The notes: generated from the letters alone by a model not told the origin. Positions 17,501 through 29,000 are shown, counted from the stretch's first letter. The stretch: 64,000 nt of DNA from Saprospirales bacterium (GCA_007693915.1 RECS01000123.1:19923-83922); one strand, 5' to 3'. Program-made: numbers and translations.

Positions 17501-19638
17501 GTAAAAATCAATGTGCTTGTTCCTGCTCCAAAAGAAATATTTCCTCCCTGCCAGTCACTTTCAAATCCCTGATCTACAATATTTAAGTCAATTCGGATAA
17601 CATCACTACATACATCAGATGCATCCGGTCTCGGAATAAAAACCCCTGCAGTACAACTGTGATTAGAACTTGTAGTTACAGAAATATCCGGTGGACAAGT
17701 AATTGAAGGATCCTGATCATCAACAATTTCAATCTTTTGGATGGCCATTGCTACTACTTCCCAACCACCATTGCAATGCTCAAAAATAGACCATCTCCTA
17801 TCAATGACAGTTTTACAATTATTTGAAATAATCAACTCATCCTGAAAGCTTGCAGATATCCCACATAATTCATCTAAATTACCGACGTCTTCACCACCTA
17901 AGGTTGGATAACCCGTAGCATCCGGAGAGGGAAAGCCATTTCCGGTTAATGGTAGGTCTTCAGTACAACTAATGGCAGTATCCTCTGCTTTTGTAAAATC
18001 TAATGGAAATTCAATTTCATTTGTATTTACAGTCTCAATAAATAATGTCTGAATACATGGCTCGGATAAATTCCCTGAAGCATCCTCAGCGATGAAAACA
18101 CGATCAATTCTTCTTATAAGTCCGGGGCTATTATGACACAAATCTATTATGTCCTGGTCAATTAAAGTAATTGTTGGATCAGAATCACAATTGTCTACTG
18201 CTATTGGTAATGGAAAATCAATTACCTCCGCACATGAAATAGTGTCCACAACACATTCAAGGGTTGGAGGCAATTTATCCTCAATGGTTACATTACTCCA
18301 ACAACTATTATTACTGCCATCTCGCGATACTGTAACCATTAGGGTCTCACCTATATCATCGCTGGTAATATTGGCATTTCCTCTTTGTTCAATTTCTACT
18401 GTATGTACTTCATTAGCACATGGAGTATTGCCTGATAATATCATATCAGGTGTAATTATTGCAGTACAATTTTCATCTACGGAAACTTGCACATATTGGA
18501 TACAATTAAGTTGAGCTCCGGGAGGTGCAGGATTCTCTACAAAAACGTTTACATTTGCTGTGGCCGTATTTCCACAGGCATCTGTCACCTCAACAGTATA
18601 TACAATATTACTGGTCGGACTGGCGACCGGGTTAGCAATATCAGTATCACTCAATCCTGTGGTAGGTGACCAACTAAACTGATAACCGGAAAAAGAGTGG
18701 TTTAACAATGCCAAGCCACATATGGAACCCGCCTCAATTCCTACAACTCCGGACTCTCCGGTATGGGCATTGACCAATAATCCAGTTACATTAGAACCAT
18801 CATTTATAGTTATGTAAAGTTCATTTGATATAGGGTCAAAACCACCTCCAGTACATGAAGTAACCTCAAACCCAATATTACCAATTAATTCAACTTCACC
18901 ACTACTCAAATCCAGTGAGTAAAGAGAGCTATCAATACTATTTAACACATAAGCCTCTCCATACTTATCAATACCAAACCATTGGACGCAAATATCTTCA
19001 TCAACAGAACCTATTTGGGATATAGCACCATTTGAAGGATTTACAAGATAAATTAAGGATTCATCTTTACAAGTACTATGCGTAGAAATGGCATACAAAT
19101 TGGAATACACCTGATCATAAGCAAGACCTGCCCAGTTGTGATTGAATGGGAAAGAAGGCACTGGCAATGAACCAATGACAGTTATACTTGCGTTCCCTGT
19201 GTCTATGGTTACCAAATTCTCCTGATCCAGGTCAATGGTATAGTATGTACCATCTATAAATACTGCGGGACCAAAGTGGTTACTGCTGCCAATACTTAAT
19301 GCCGATACATTGGATTCATCAAGATTCCCCTTAACAAAGAAATTGTTTCCGGAAGACCTCAGTACTCCAAAACTTCTTGAAATACCCTGACTTCCACCAC
19401 TAGCAAATACATTTAACTCTTTAGAAGAGCCGGAGCAGATACTTAATGGAGATTCCGCAGTGACTTGCAATTCTAAAGGAGGTGGATCACTGCATACACC
19501 GCCTTGTGCTTTTAAATCTGAATTCATCAGATTAAGGGTGAAAAACGTCAACATTGCTACCGTAAGGGATGGAAAGATGTGTTGACTCATGACTTTCCAT
19601 GCTCCGCCTGAGCGGTTAAAAAGTTTAATTTTCATCAT
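14590..19638 (-). CDS. Giant Cys-rich T9SS-secreted surface protein, paralogue 2 (extra N-terminal propeller-like/Ig-like head)
   Basis: 1682-aa ORF, colinear with paralogue 1 from about aa 375 onward. The N-terminal ~370 aa add a beta-propeller-like region and an Ig-like unit (YQFSWSPTTGLSDTDIANPVASPTSNIVYTVEVTDACGNTATANVNVFV). The C-terminal cassette has a dockerin-like module at 15484-15657 (NDNPLDGVTTYDIALIQRHILG...AADIDNNGVVDVRDVAALRRLVLGT), a cohesin-like module and a CTD (YQNRPNPF...KKMILVR). Confidence 0.85.
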   Translation of the reverse strand: MMKIKLFNRSGGAWKVMSQHIFPSLTVAMLTFFTLNLMNSDLKAQGGVCSDPPPLELQVTAESPLSICSGSSKELNVFASGGSQGISRSFGVLRSSGNNFFVKGNLDESNVSALSIGSSNHFGPAVFIDGTYYTIDLDQENLVTIDTGNASITVIGSLPVPSFPFNHNWAGLAYDQVYSNLYAISTHSTCKDESLIYLVNPSNGAISQIGSVDEDICVQWFGIDKYGEAYVLNSIDSSLYSLDLSSGEVELIGNIGFEVTSCTGGGFDPISNELYITINDGSNVTGLLVNAHTGESGVVGIEAGSICGLALLNHSFSGYQFSWSPTTGLSDTDIANPVASPTSNIVYTVEVTDACGNTATANVNVFVENPAPPGAQLNCIQYVQVSVDENCTAIITPDMILSGNTPCANEVHTVEIEQRGNANITSDDIGETLMVTVSRDGSNNSCWSNVTIEDKLPPTLECVVDTISCAEVIDFPLPIAVDNCDSDPTITLIDQDIIDLCHNSPGLIRRIDRVFIAEDASGNLSEPCIQTLFIETVNTNEIEFPLDFTKAEDTAISCTEDLPLTGNGFPSPDATGYPTLGGEDVGNLDELCGISASFQDELIISNNCKTVIDRRWSIFEHCNGGWEVVAMAIQKIEIVDDQDPSITCPPDISVTTSSNHSCTAGVFIPRPDASDVCSDVIRIDLNIVDQGFESDWQGGNISFGAGTSTLIFTAFDECNNQSSCTMIVEVTDMTPPIPVCKENTVVSLTIDGTARVFAESFDNGSYDECGNVTFDVKRMDQGCDVNEPAFRPYVDFYCCDLMDNPIMVVLRVTDESGNQNECMINVEVQDKLPASITCPPNITVSCEYPFDTDDLTIFGKVVIVNDLSVLQNPAIDPRESIIIDDIGDNVNTQPRNWGVDGFAYDNCALTVTDTFAENIDMCGTGTITRTFTAMALNNTPSASCQQTITVENLSPFVRENITWPDDVTLVNTCMSSPDVHPNNTGVPEYIRGVCDNVHHNYKDEVYYFNSPDDPTCFKIIRTWTVIDWCQFENGHYITWQYHQTIKIIIDDEPVISGSCEDIIVYSIDASCQSAPVSLTQSATSVCTAEEDLIWRYDIDVNNNGVFDLNSSNNPFADNPSDPTDASGTYPVGEHRIVWTVTDGCGNTSSCQQIFTIVNKTQPKVICRSIAVELMPMDTNGDGTFDWAMLEVNAEYFNNSSYHTCGYDISFSFSSNPDEQTRVFTCDDVGDRMVSIYVHSSNDTFDLCVVEISVQDNNNVCPPGSGSSGGSSSGLISGAIKMEDGEGVKNAEISLVGSSLNPVMSAASGNYQFPAMPFGGTYEVLPYKNDNPLDGVTTYDIALIQRHILGTQFFQTPYQWIAADIDNNGVVDVRDVAALRRLVLGTHDEFQNNTSWRFVDAEYYFSGFNPLDEQFNESYRIPDFNSNMTGLDFIAVKVGDINNSVDPSGVNQSDERSQSQPLVFEIEDKNFQNGDRVEVSFTSRDFQHIDAFQFTLLFEESQLDLVEIRSEALKFENSNIGTQAKDLGILTVSWNDLMPITVDEDEVLFTLIFESSSYGSLVSAIQISSLVTEARAYERGQAKIIGLEFNNLLSDANNFELYQNRPNPFTDETIIGFRLAEDSEVTLTVFDVTGKVVRTFDGKFNSGYNELRLNDLGDWTGQVYYYRLDTEGFSATKKMILVR

Positions 19639-19725
19639 GAGAACTTAGTTTTAGTTTTAAAATCGTTATATATAGGATAGCTGATGTAATGAAATACATA
19701 CAGATATATCTATATCAGTCTATGC

Positions 19726-19761
19726 GTAGGTTGGATAAAAAAATCAGGTAGGTTGGATAAA
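19726..19761. promoter_or_regulatory. Two perfect 14-bp direct repeats GTAGGTTGGATAAA spaced 22 bp apart in the leader/promoter region of the 1682-aa gene
   Basis: Copies lie at 19726-19739 and 19748-19761, 88-123 nt upstream of the ATG at 19638. The core GGTTGGA recurs upstream of paralogues 1 (14328-14334) and 3 (29700-29706). Confidence 0.35.
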
Positions 19762-19835
19762 TATTACAATTATTATTAACTTATACAACTCTTTTAATCA
19801 GCTATAAATAAATTACTAATATCTGTAATACATTG

Positions 19836-19843
19836 CAAATATA
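19836..19843 (-). promoter_or_regulatory. Candidate -7 promoter box (TATATTTG) for the 1682-aa gene
   Basis: Exact TAnnTTTG on the minus strand (context GTTTATATTTGCAATG), about 200 nt upstream of the ATG. Confidence 0.25.
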
Positions 19844-19984
19844 AACACTTTTTATAATATATAACAAACTAATTAATAAGGTATTTTTTACATATTTTTT
19901 TTTATTATGGGTAGATCATCTTAAATATAATAGTTTCACACCTTTACATATTTTTTGCGATCATATTTGAAATTATGAAATATG

Positions 19985-20027
19985 AAAAAATTAAAAATGG
20001 GGTAACGAAATACACTCGCTACCCCAT
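19985..20027 (-). terminator. Rho-independent terminator of the 3144-aa gene
   Basis: 11-bp stem (AUGGGGUAGCG/CGUUACCCCAU, including one G-U pair) with a 9-nt loop, followed on the minus strand by UUUUUAAUUUUUU. It lies about 25 nt after the stop. Confidence 0.6.
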
Positions 20028-20050
20028 TTAGATAGTATTCTAAAGGAATT

Positions 20051-23000
20051 TTACTTGACGATCATTTTTCTAACAGCCTGATGATTGCCCACTTGAAGTT
20101 TGTAATAATACACTCCATTTGAAAGCCCTAATGCCCGAGCATTGATTTCCCAATGATGGTAACCTTCGGTAAACTCATCTGATAATACAGCAAGTTGTTT
20201 TCCTCTAACATCATAAATCACCAGACTTGCTCTACCATCTTCATCCGTTATAAAAGGAATGGACGTTATCCCGGTAAATGGATTCGGTCTGTTCTGAAAA
20301 AGTTGAAATGATTTTAAATCATCATTTTCTGAAACAAATACTTCATTAAATCTCAATTCTAAAATATTATAATCGCTAAAACCCGAGAAAATCTCAGTTG
20401 GGATACTACTTTCCTCAAATCTTATCCATTCAGACAGCTTACCGGACTGATTTGCAATAAAGGTCAGACTAAATAGCTGTCCATTATCACCTGGTTTGAG
20501 CAATGAAGGTGAACTCTGACTTAACCTGATGGAGGTTTCTAAACCATCAAAATTAATTAGGTAAGAATTATCAGTTATCTCTAACTGATCAGCCCAATTA
20601 ATATCTTCAATATCAAGAGCAATATTATCCCACCTTAAATCAAATTGAATGCCATTAAACTCTATTCCATTTCTTAAATGGAATTCTACTGTTACAATTT
20701 CACCCGCATTAACTAAGCGATCTTCGACATAAATACCTTCATATGATGTTCTTTGCCGAGACTCGGATCGTAAGTCTGTAGTAGCTACATTTCCATTCAG
20801 ATCACCAATTTTTACTCCAACGAAGTCCTGCTGGAAGAATCTATCGGTTGAGAAATAAATATCTACAGTTTCAGGCAGGTCAATCTGAGTAGGCATTACC
20901 CCATGAGGAATAATAAAATTCTTATCTAAAAACCTCCATGATGTATTATTTGGAAATTGATCAGAGCTGCCTAGAATTAATCGCCTCAGCTCAAGTACAT
21001 CAATAACATTAATCAGACCGTCATTGTTAACATCTGCTGCAATTAGATAATAGGGATCAGTTATCACATTGATGCCGAGTATATGTCTTTGTAATAGATA
21101 TATATCAAAAGTAGTGACGCCATTTAGTGGATCATCATCTTTGAATGGCCGTAGCTGCATATTTGAAAGTTGAGGTACATGCAGAAACTCAAATAAACCA
21201 AAATAATCTGTATTTATTTGATCATTGAAAAATGGAGACTCTACATTAAGCTCTACTCCCTCAACCATTCGATCCATATCGTGATGGTAAACTAGACCAT
21301 TAATATTACCAACCAAACTGTCAGGGCAAAAGCCCATGGGATCTTCAAAGGCTATTTGAGTCTCACAGGAATCGATATTTCCTGATGCATCAATTGCATA
21401 AATAGTTATTGGAAATAAACCAGGGATACTATCACAATTTGTAAAATTAAAAAATAGCGTATCAAGATCAAAATCTGAAAGATCAAAGGTAATCTCTATA
21501 TCAATTGAATCAATACAATTATCTGATAGTTCAGTCAAAAAATCAGTATCAACAGCAACAGCACTAAGGTTGTCATCAATTATATATCTAAACTTAAAGC
21601 AGTTAATCACAGGAGGAATGGTATCAACTACTAGAACATTCACCTCTAAAATTGTAACATTTCCACAATTATCTACAGCCTCAAACTCAAAAGTTGTCAA
21701 TCCTATCGGATAAACTCCACTTGCATCAGCACCACTACTATCTGCGAATGGTGAATTATTAGTAATAATTACATCACCTCCACAATCATCTATCGCCTCT
21801 ACCATTATCTCTACAAATGCATCACATGATATTGAATCAGCAAATGCTGTTAATGTATCTATTGGAGCCACCGTAAATTCAGGAGCTATTGTATCCTCCA
21901 CGGTTATTGTCTGAATAAATACCCACTCCCCTGTGAGTGGATTACAAAGATCTGTAACTGTCCAAGTTCTGATAATAATATCACAAGCTGTATCGACCAT
22001 TATCATCTCATCTTCCATGACAATAGAAACCTCATTACATGTTTCTACGTCAGGGTTTAAGATAGGCTCTCCCCCAGGAATGCTATCAGGGTTAAATATA
22101 CTGCAGTCAGTTATTAAGATAAAATCATTAGGCCAGATAAAATCACTTGAATCCAGTGAGGTAACCCCTTCAAAAGTAATTACTTGAGTACAAGAACTGT
22201 CTGAATTACCTGCACTATCAAAAACAGTAAACATCCTGGTTATGGTACCTGTGGACGTACAACTATCAATATCAATTTCAAATGTCTCGATTACCTGAAG
22301 ACCAACTGGGCAATTATCATTGACTTCCGGTTCACCAAATTGTGAGATATCGATACCTTCTTCATATTCAGAACATGGTAATACTTCATTATCAGGACAA
22401 GCTATAAACACAGGTGCTTCATCATCAAGTATAATTACCGTAAAACTACATCCCGCACTATTACCACTAGCATCTACTACAGTATAAGTTACTACGGTAG
22501 TATCAACAGGATAAAGTGCACTGGCATCGTCCACATTAGTGAAGTCATTGGTAATACTTGCACCCGGGCAATTATCTGAAAAATCAGGAATATCTATGTC
22601 TAAAAATGCTCCACATTCGCCCGGATCATTAACTTGCACAATATCCTCCGGACAGTTAATAGTTGGATCCTCATTATCCTCAACAGTTATTGTCTGCTCG
22701 CACTCGGCGGTATTTCCGCTTGAATCAATAGCAATATAAATTATACTTGTAGTCCCTAACTCAAAAGTATCAGGAATAATTACATCAATTATTACGCCCG
22801 GACAGTTGTCATTAGCCTCTGCATCACCTAAATCAAAATCAGTAGCAAAACACTCCCCATCGTCGGCACTAACAGTTATATCCTCAGGGCACTCGATAGT
22901 AGGAGCCTCAGTATCATTTACCGTAACTGTAAAAGAACAAATAGCAATTGCTCCCACCTCATCTATGGCAGTAAATGTTACAACTGTTATTCCTACATTA

Positions 23001-26000
23001 TAAAAATCCGATGCATCAGCTGTGAAATTGAAGTCATTAAACAAACTATCAAGCCCACATCCACCGGTTACCATTGCTGAATCAATAGTTACAAAAGCGA
23101 AGCACTCTTCGGAGTCATTATCCACCATTATATCCTCAGGACAAATTACCTCTAATGGTTCATCTCCTTCAATAAGAACTGTTACAGAGCAACTGTCAAT
23201 ATTACCTGCTTCATCGGTAACAGTGAAAACCACAATAGTTTCACCCAATGGATAAAGATCGCTTGCATCAGCACCTCCATCATTAAACGAATTTACAATT
23301 ACCAAACTATCCGTGCAATTATCTGTCGCAGATGCAATTAATCCGGTAACCAATGCTTCGCATTCACCCGGGTCAACCTCTATAACGACATCATCGGGAC
23401 ATGTAAGCATTGGTATTTCGTTATCAAAAATAACCACAGTGAAGCTACACTCAGCACTATTTCCATTCACATCAATCACAGTATAAGTCACCACGGTAGT
23501 ATCCACAGAATAAAAACCGTCAGCCGCTATAGTTTCTGAAAAATCATTGAAGATGGTATCAATTCCGCAATTATCCGAAAAGGAAACTACAGTTACCTCA
23601 ATATCTGCACCACATTCTCCGGGATCATTTTCCTGAACTATATCCTCAGGACAAACAATGATAGGATCTTCATTATCTTCAACTATCACAATAAATGTAC
23701 AAGTAGCACTTGCACCAAACGAGTCAACAACAGTAAACTCAACAACAGTTTCACCTACAGAGTAGATTCCACTTGCATCCTCGGTAAAATTGAAATCATT
23801 TGTAATGCTTTCTATTCCACAACCTCCGGTAACTGTTGCGGGAGGAATCGTAATACTTGCTTCACAAGAATCAGGATCATTAGTTTGTATTATATTTTCA
23901 GGACAATCTATTTCAAGTGGTTCGTCTCCTTCTACAATAACTGTCACTGAACAACTATCTACATTTCCGGCCTCATCCTCAACTGTAAAGACTACTATCG
24001 TTTCACCAAGTGGATATATTCCACTTGCATCTGCTCCACCATTATTAAAGGAATTGGTAATCGTCAATAAATCCGTACAATTATCAGTAGCTGTAATCAT
24101 AAGCATGACCTCAGCTTCACACTCCATTGGTTCTACTTCTACAACTATCTCATCAGGACAAACTAATTCAGGTAGTTCATCGTCTATCACCCTAACACTC
24201 GCCTCACAAATTGCACTATTACCGTTCACATCGATAACTGTGTAAATTATGGTATTTGAACCTAAAAAGAAGGTGTCAGGTGCCGTTATAATAACCGTAT
24301 CAACACCACAATTATCTGACACAACCGCCGCGTCAAAATCAATATCAGTAGCAAAACATTCCCCAACATCGTTACTCACAACTAATTCCTCAGGACAACT
24401 AATACTTGGATCTTCATCATCCTCTACAGTAACCATTTGACTACAAGATGAAGAATTTCCACTGGAATCTATTGCTGTATAAACGATTACAGTCAGCCCC
24501 ACTTCAAAAGTATCGGGTATGCTTACTTCCAACATTACTCCCGGGCAATTATCACTGAATTCAGGGGTACCTAAATCAACTTCAGTGGCAAAACACTCAC
24601 CTTCATCTGTAGATGCAGTGACGTTGGCAGGACAATCAATGATCGGAGCTTCTTCGTCATTTACAGTAACCGTAAAAATGCAGGTTGCAGTTGCGCCTGT
24701 TAAATCAACCACAGTAAAAGTAACAAATGTCTCTCCTACCGGATATATATCACTTGCATCTTCCGTAAAATTATAGCTATTGAATAGACTATCTATTCCA
24801 CAGCCTCCAGTTACTACTGCAGAATCAATCATTATATCAGCCTCACATAAACCAGGATCGTTACTTACTTCAACGTTTTCCGGACACTCAATTTCCAATG
24901 CATCATCTCCTTCAACAATAACTGTCACTGAACAACTAGCCACATTTCCAGACTCATCCTCAACTGTAAAGACCACTATGGTCTCCCCAAGAGGATAGAC
25001 TCCACTTGCATCCGCTCCACCATCATTAAAGGAATTGGTAATCAGCAGTGAATCACTACAATTATCAGTAGCTGTAATCACAATTGTTACCTCAGCTTCA
25101 CACTCTCCGAGATCTACCTCAACTATTATTTCATCAGGACATTCCAGAATAGGCAGTTCACCATCAATTACAGTAACACTCGTCTCACATTCGGCAGTAT
25201 TGCCATTAATGTCCGTCACTATATAAACAATCGTAGTTGTTCCTAAAAGAAAAGTATCGGGAGCTAATATAATCACCGTATCAATTCCACAATTATCAGC
25301 TACTGCTGCCGGATCAAACTCCACATCTGTAGCAAAGCACTCTCCCGCATCATTGCTCACAACTAATTCCTCAGGACACTCTATTGTTGGATCCTCATTG
25401 TCTTCAACTGTTACTGTTTGTTCACATTCTGCCGTATTTCCACTTGCATCTGTTACTGTATAGGTAATTATGGTTACCCCTAGTTCAAACGTATCGGGTA
25501 TGCTTACTTCCAAAACTATACCAGGACAATTGTCACTGAATTCAGCTTCACCCAATTCAACTTCCGTCGTGAAACACTGACCTTCATCTGTGGATACCGT
25601 GACATCAGCAGGACAATCAATAATCGGAGCTTCCTCATCATTTACTGTAACTGTAAAGGTACAAGTCGCTGTAATCCCGGTAATGTCCACTACTGTGAAT
25701 ATAACTTCTGTCTCACCCACAGGGTAGATATCACTTGCATCCTCCGTAAAATTATAGCTATTGAATAGACTGTCTATCCCGCAGCCTCCAGTTACTACTG
25801 CTGGATCAATCGTTATATCAGCCTCACATAATCCGGGATCATTGCTTACTTCAATGTTCTCAGGGCACCCAATTTCAAGGTCTTCGATATCAATAACAAG
25901 TGTAAAGACCCACTCAGCTATATTTCCTGCACAATCCTCGTACTCATAGGTATAAGTAATGATCTGAAGATTATTTTCTGTCATGGATTCAACTTGTGGC

Positions 26001-29000
26001 TCTCCAGCCTCAACTGATCTACCACATTGATCAACTATATCAGTTGGAAATGGTATGACATACAATGAATCCGGACATGGTATGGTGTCAGTTTGATTTG
26101 CTGGCAGGATTGGACCTTCGTTCAACTCAATCGTATAAACAAAGCTCCACTCTTTAGAATTTTCAGCACAATCTATATAAGTCCAGGTATAAGTTCTTTG
26201 TCCCTCACATTCCGGCTTTTCACTTACCACAGGCCCCATAGGTGTAAGGGGATTATCACATGCATCCAGAACAACAGGTGGTGGCGGAACTACATCTGTA
26301 TCATCAGGGCAAGCCACTGTAGCCTGACCATTAACAGGCAACTCGAAATCTTCGTATTCAATTATATAGATAAATTCCCAAATAAATTCATTCCCCGCAC
26401 AATCCTCATAAGTATAGATGTATGACCGTGTACCTTCACAAGTAACCGGATCAGGGTCATCTGTTATAGCAGGTTCAGGAGCCACTAATACATTTCCACA
26501 GGCATCTTCAACTACTGGTAAATTAATAGGATTCGTCGCCTGATCGACACAGTTTACAATGGCTAAAGTCTCCACAGGACCTCCTATTTCAGTTGGCGGA
26601 TCAGTTATTTCAATAATATAGGTACCTGTAAACTGATTTTGGTTTCCTGCACAATCTTCAAAAGTCCATGTAAATGTTACCATCCCTTCACATTCCGGAA
26701 ATTCACTTATCTCAGGGTCACCAATGGGTTCAAGTTCTATAAAACAATTATCAAATACTTCAGGAGGTTCAGGCATCCCGATCTCCCCAATGCACATGAT
26801 AGGAAAATCAAAGTCGGATATAGTCTCAAAGGGTTGGTATTGAACTAAAAAAGTATAGGACCAAAATTGGATATTCCCGGCACAATCCTCATATTGAAAA
26901 ATATACTCTGCTTCACCCTCGCATTCTGGAATTTCTGGAGTTTGAACTAATACCCCCTCTAGTTCATTTCCACAATTATCAAAAACAACTGGAGGAGTAG
27001 GAGTCTTAATTTCTAAAGAACATTCAATAGTATCAATCACATTGGATACCCCAATTTCAAAATTTTCAAATTCAATAATGTAGGTAAATATCCAATTATT
27101 GGAATTTCCTGCACAATCTGTAAAAGTCCAGGTATAAATTCTTTCCCCTTCACATTCTGGTTTTTCAGTCACTTCAGGACTACTTGGCTGAATGGGATTA
27201 CCGCAGGAGTCATTTACCAAGGGAGGCTCTGGCTGGTTGTCTGTATCATCCGGGCAACTTACTACCATTACTTCATTTTCAGGCACTGAAAATCCCTCGT
27301 ATTCGATGGTATAAGTAAATGTCCAATCTAAAGTATTTCCATTGCAATCCTCATAAGTATAGGTATATACCCTTACACCCTCACAATCTGCCCCCGAAGG
27401 ATCATCAAAAACTGAGGAAGAGACCGGTGTTAAAATCCTGCCACAAGCATCTTCTACCACAGGCAAACTTGGATCAAGAGCTTCTTCAAAACAACTAACT
27501 GTAGTTGCGGAAAGCACCTGACGGGTGATTTCAAGTTCACCGGGATTGAGGAGATCAATCCTTTGAATATGAGTAAACTGAAGTCCAGGATAACAAGATT
27601 GCTCCGAAATCCAGGTTCTGTATATTGTTGAACAAAAATCATTATCAGTAGCAATAGAATCGGAAAAACCAAACTGTATTATTCCATTACAAGCATCAGC
27701 CGTGACTTCAGGATGACTGTTTATTTCATTAGGGTCGATGGAACTAGGACAACTAACGATTAGGGTATCCACTGGCCAGATAATATTGTCCTCAGAAAAA
27801 TCAAAAGGATTGGTAACAGTTAAGGTTTGTACACAGGAGTCTCCTATGCCACCCGTATTAAATACAAAATGTGTAATAAATACATTTCCCTCCCAACAAG
27901 AATCAATCTCAACACTTACTTCAAAATCAAATATTAGATCACAAAGTCCAATTGCCTCAGGTTCTCCAAAACGAGAAAAATCTAGTGAAAGCTGATCACA
28001 AGTAATGGCTGAATCTGGAGCACAAGATATAATTACCGGAGGAACCTTGTCTTGGATGGTTATTTCAAACATACAGAAGTTAGCATTTCCATTAACATCA
28101 GTAACCTTTACTTCGACTGATACGGACTGTTCTACATCCTCACAACAAAATGCAATACTGTCCCCAAAGTCCAAATCCTCCTGAGAATCACATAAATCTT
28201 CCATTCTTCTTATTTCCACCTCCCCTATTCCACAATTATCTGTGAATGTAAATCCAGAGGTAATGACTTCCACTGGCACTCTCAATGGCTCATCATTTGT
28301 AAGAGAAATAACGAGATTTTGGCACAATAGTATCGGTGGTACATTGTCCTCAACAGTCACTGTGTACTCGCAAGTACTCATATTCAAACAAGGATCAATT
28401 GCCTGAACTTCAATAGTATTTTCCCCAATTGGCAGGACAGTTAATGGATCAAAATTCAAAGCACCATTAACCCTAAACCGAATGTCAATTTCGTTGGGAT
28501 CACTACAGGCATCCTCTACATCAATATTTGGAAAGATATATGTGGCATTGCATGTTTGTATTCCTGTAAAAATAGTAATATCATCAGGACAAATTAATCC
28601 AGGTGGAATGGTATCCTTAACCTCAATAGTCTGAGTGGAAGTAGTGATAATCATTGCGCACCAATCCATAGCAGTCCATGTTCTGAAAAATTTATATGAT
28701 TGGCCACCATTACAAAGGGGGATAGGATTAGTATCTGTATATCCTATTAAAATGCCGCAAGATGGAGTTATTTCATTCCCATTTAATGTAGGATAACCCA
28801 ATACATCAGGATCTATATCAGTAAATGGACAATTTAGTAAGGTGTCGGCAGGAAAAAATACCTGATTGATATCACCTCTGAGCACATTAATTGTCTGCTC
28901 ACAGCTTGAAGAATTCCCGGACTTATCAGTAACAGTCCAAGTTCGATTGATAACCAATTCATAATTGGGGTCACAATTCAAGGTTTGTATGTTTTGTGAA

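Noticed and set aside
19678-19808. Inverted repeat ATAGCTGAT/ATCAGCTAT flanking the GTAGGTTGGATAAA repeats as a possible invertible promoter
   Set aside because: The arms are only 9 bp (about 11 of 13 when extended), which is expected by chance in AT-rich DNA, and there is no nearby site-specific recombinase.
22400-27510. Regular tandem repeats that could suggest a CRISPR array or satellite
   Set aside because: The repeat units are 230-260 nt, contiguous without spacers, and lie in-frame inside one uninterrupted 3144-aa ORF encoding HYR-type and four-Cys protein repeats. There are no short palindromic repeats and no cas genes.
21933-27995. Many plus-strand ORFs of 60-151 aa (for example 23790-24245, 24780-24998 and 25761-25949), Ser/Thr/Ile-rich, some with near-identical N-termini
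   Set aside because: They are antisense shadows of the repetitive, stop-poor coding sequence of the 3144-aa minus-strand gene. Their similarity simply mirrors the 981-nt duplication.
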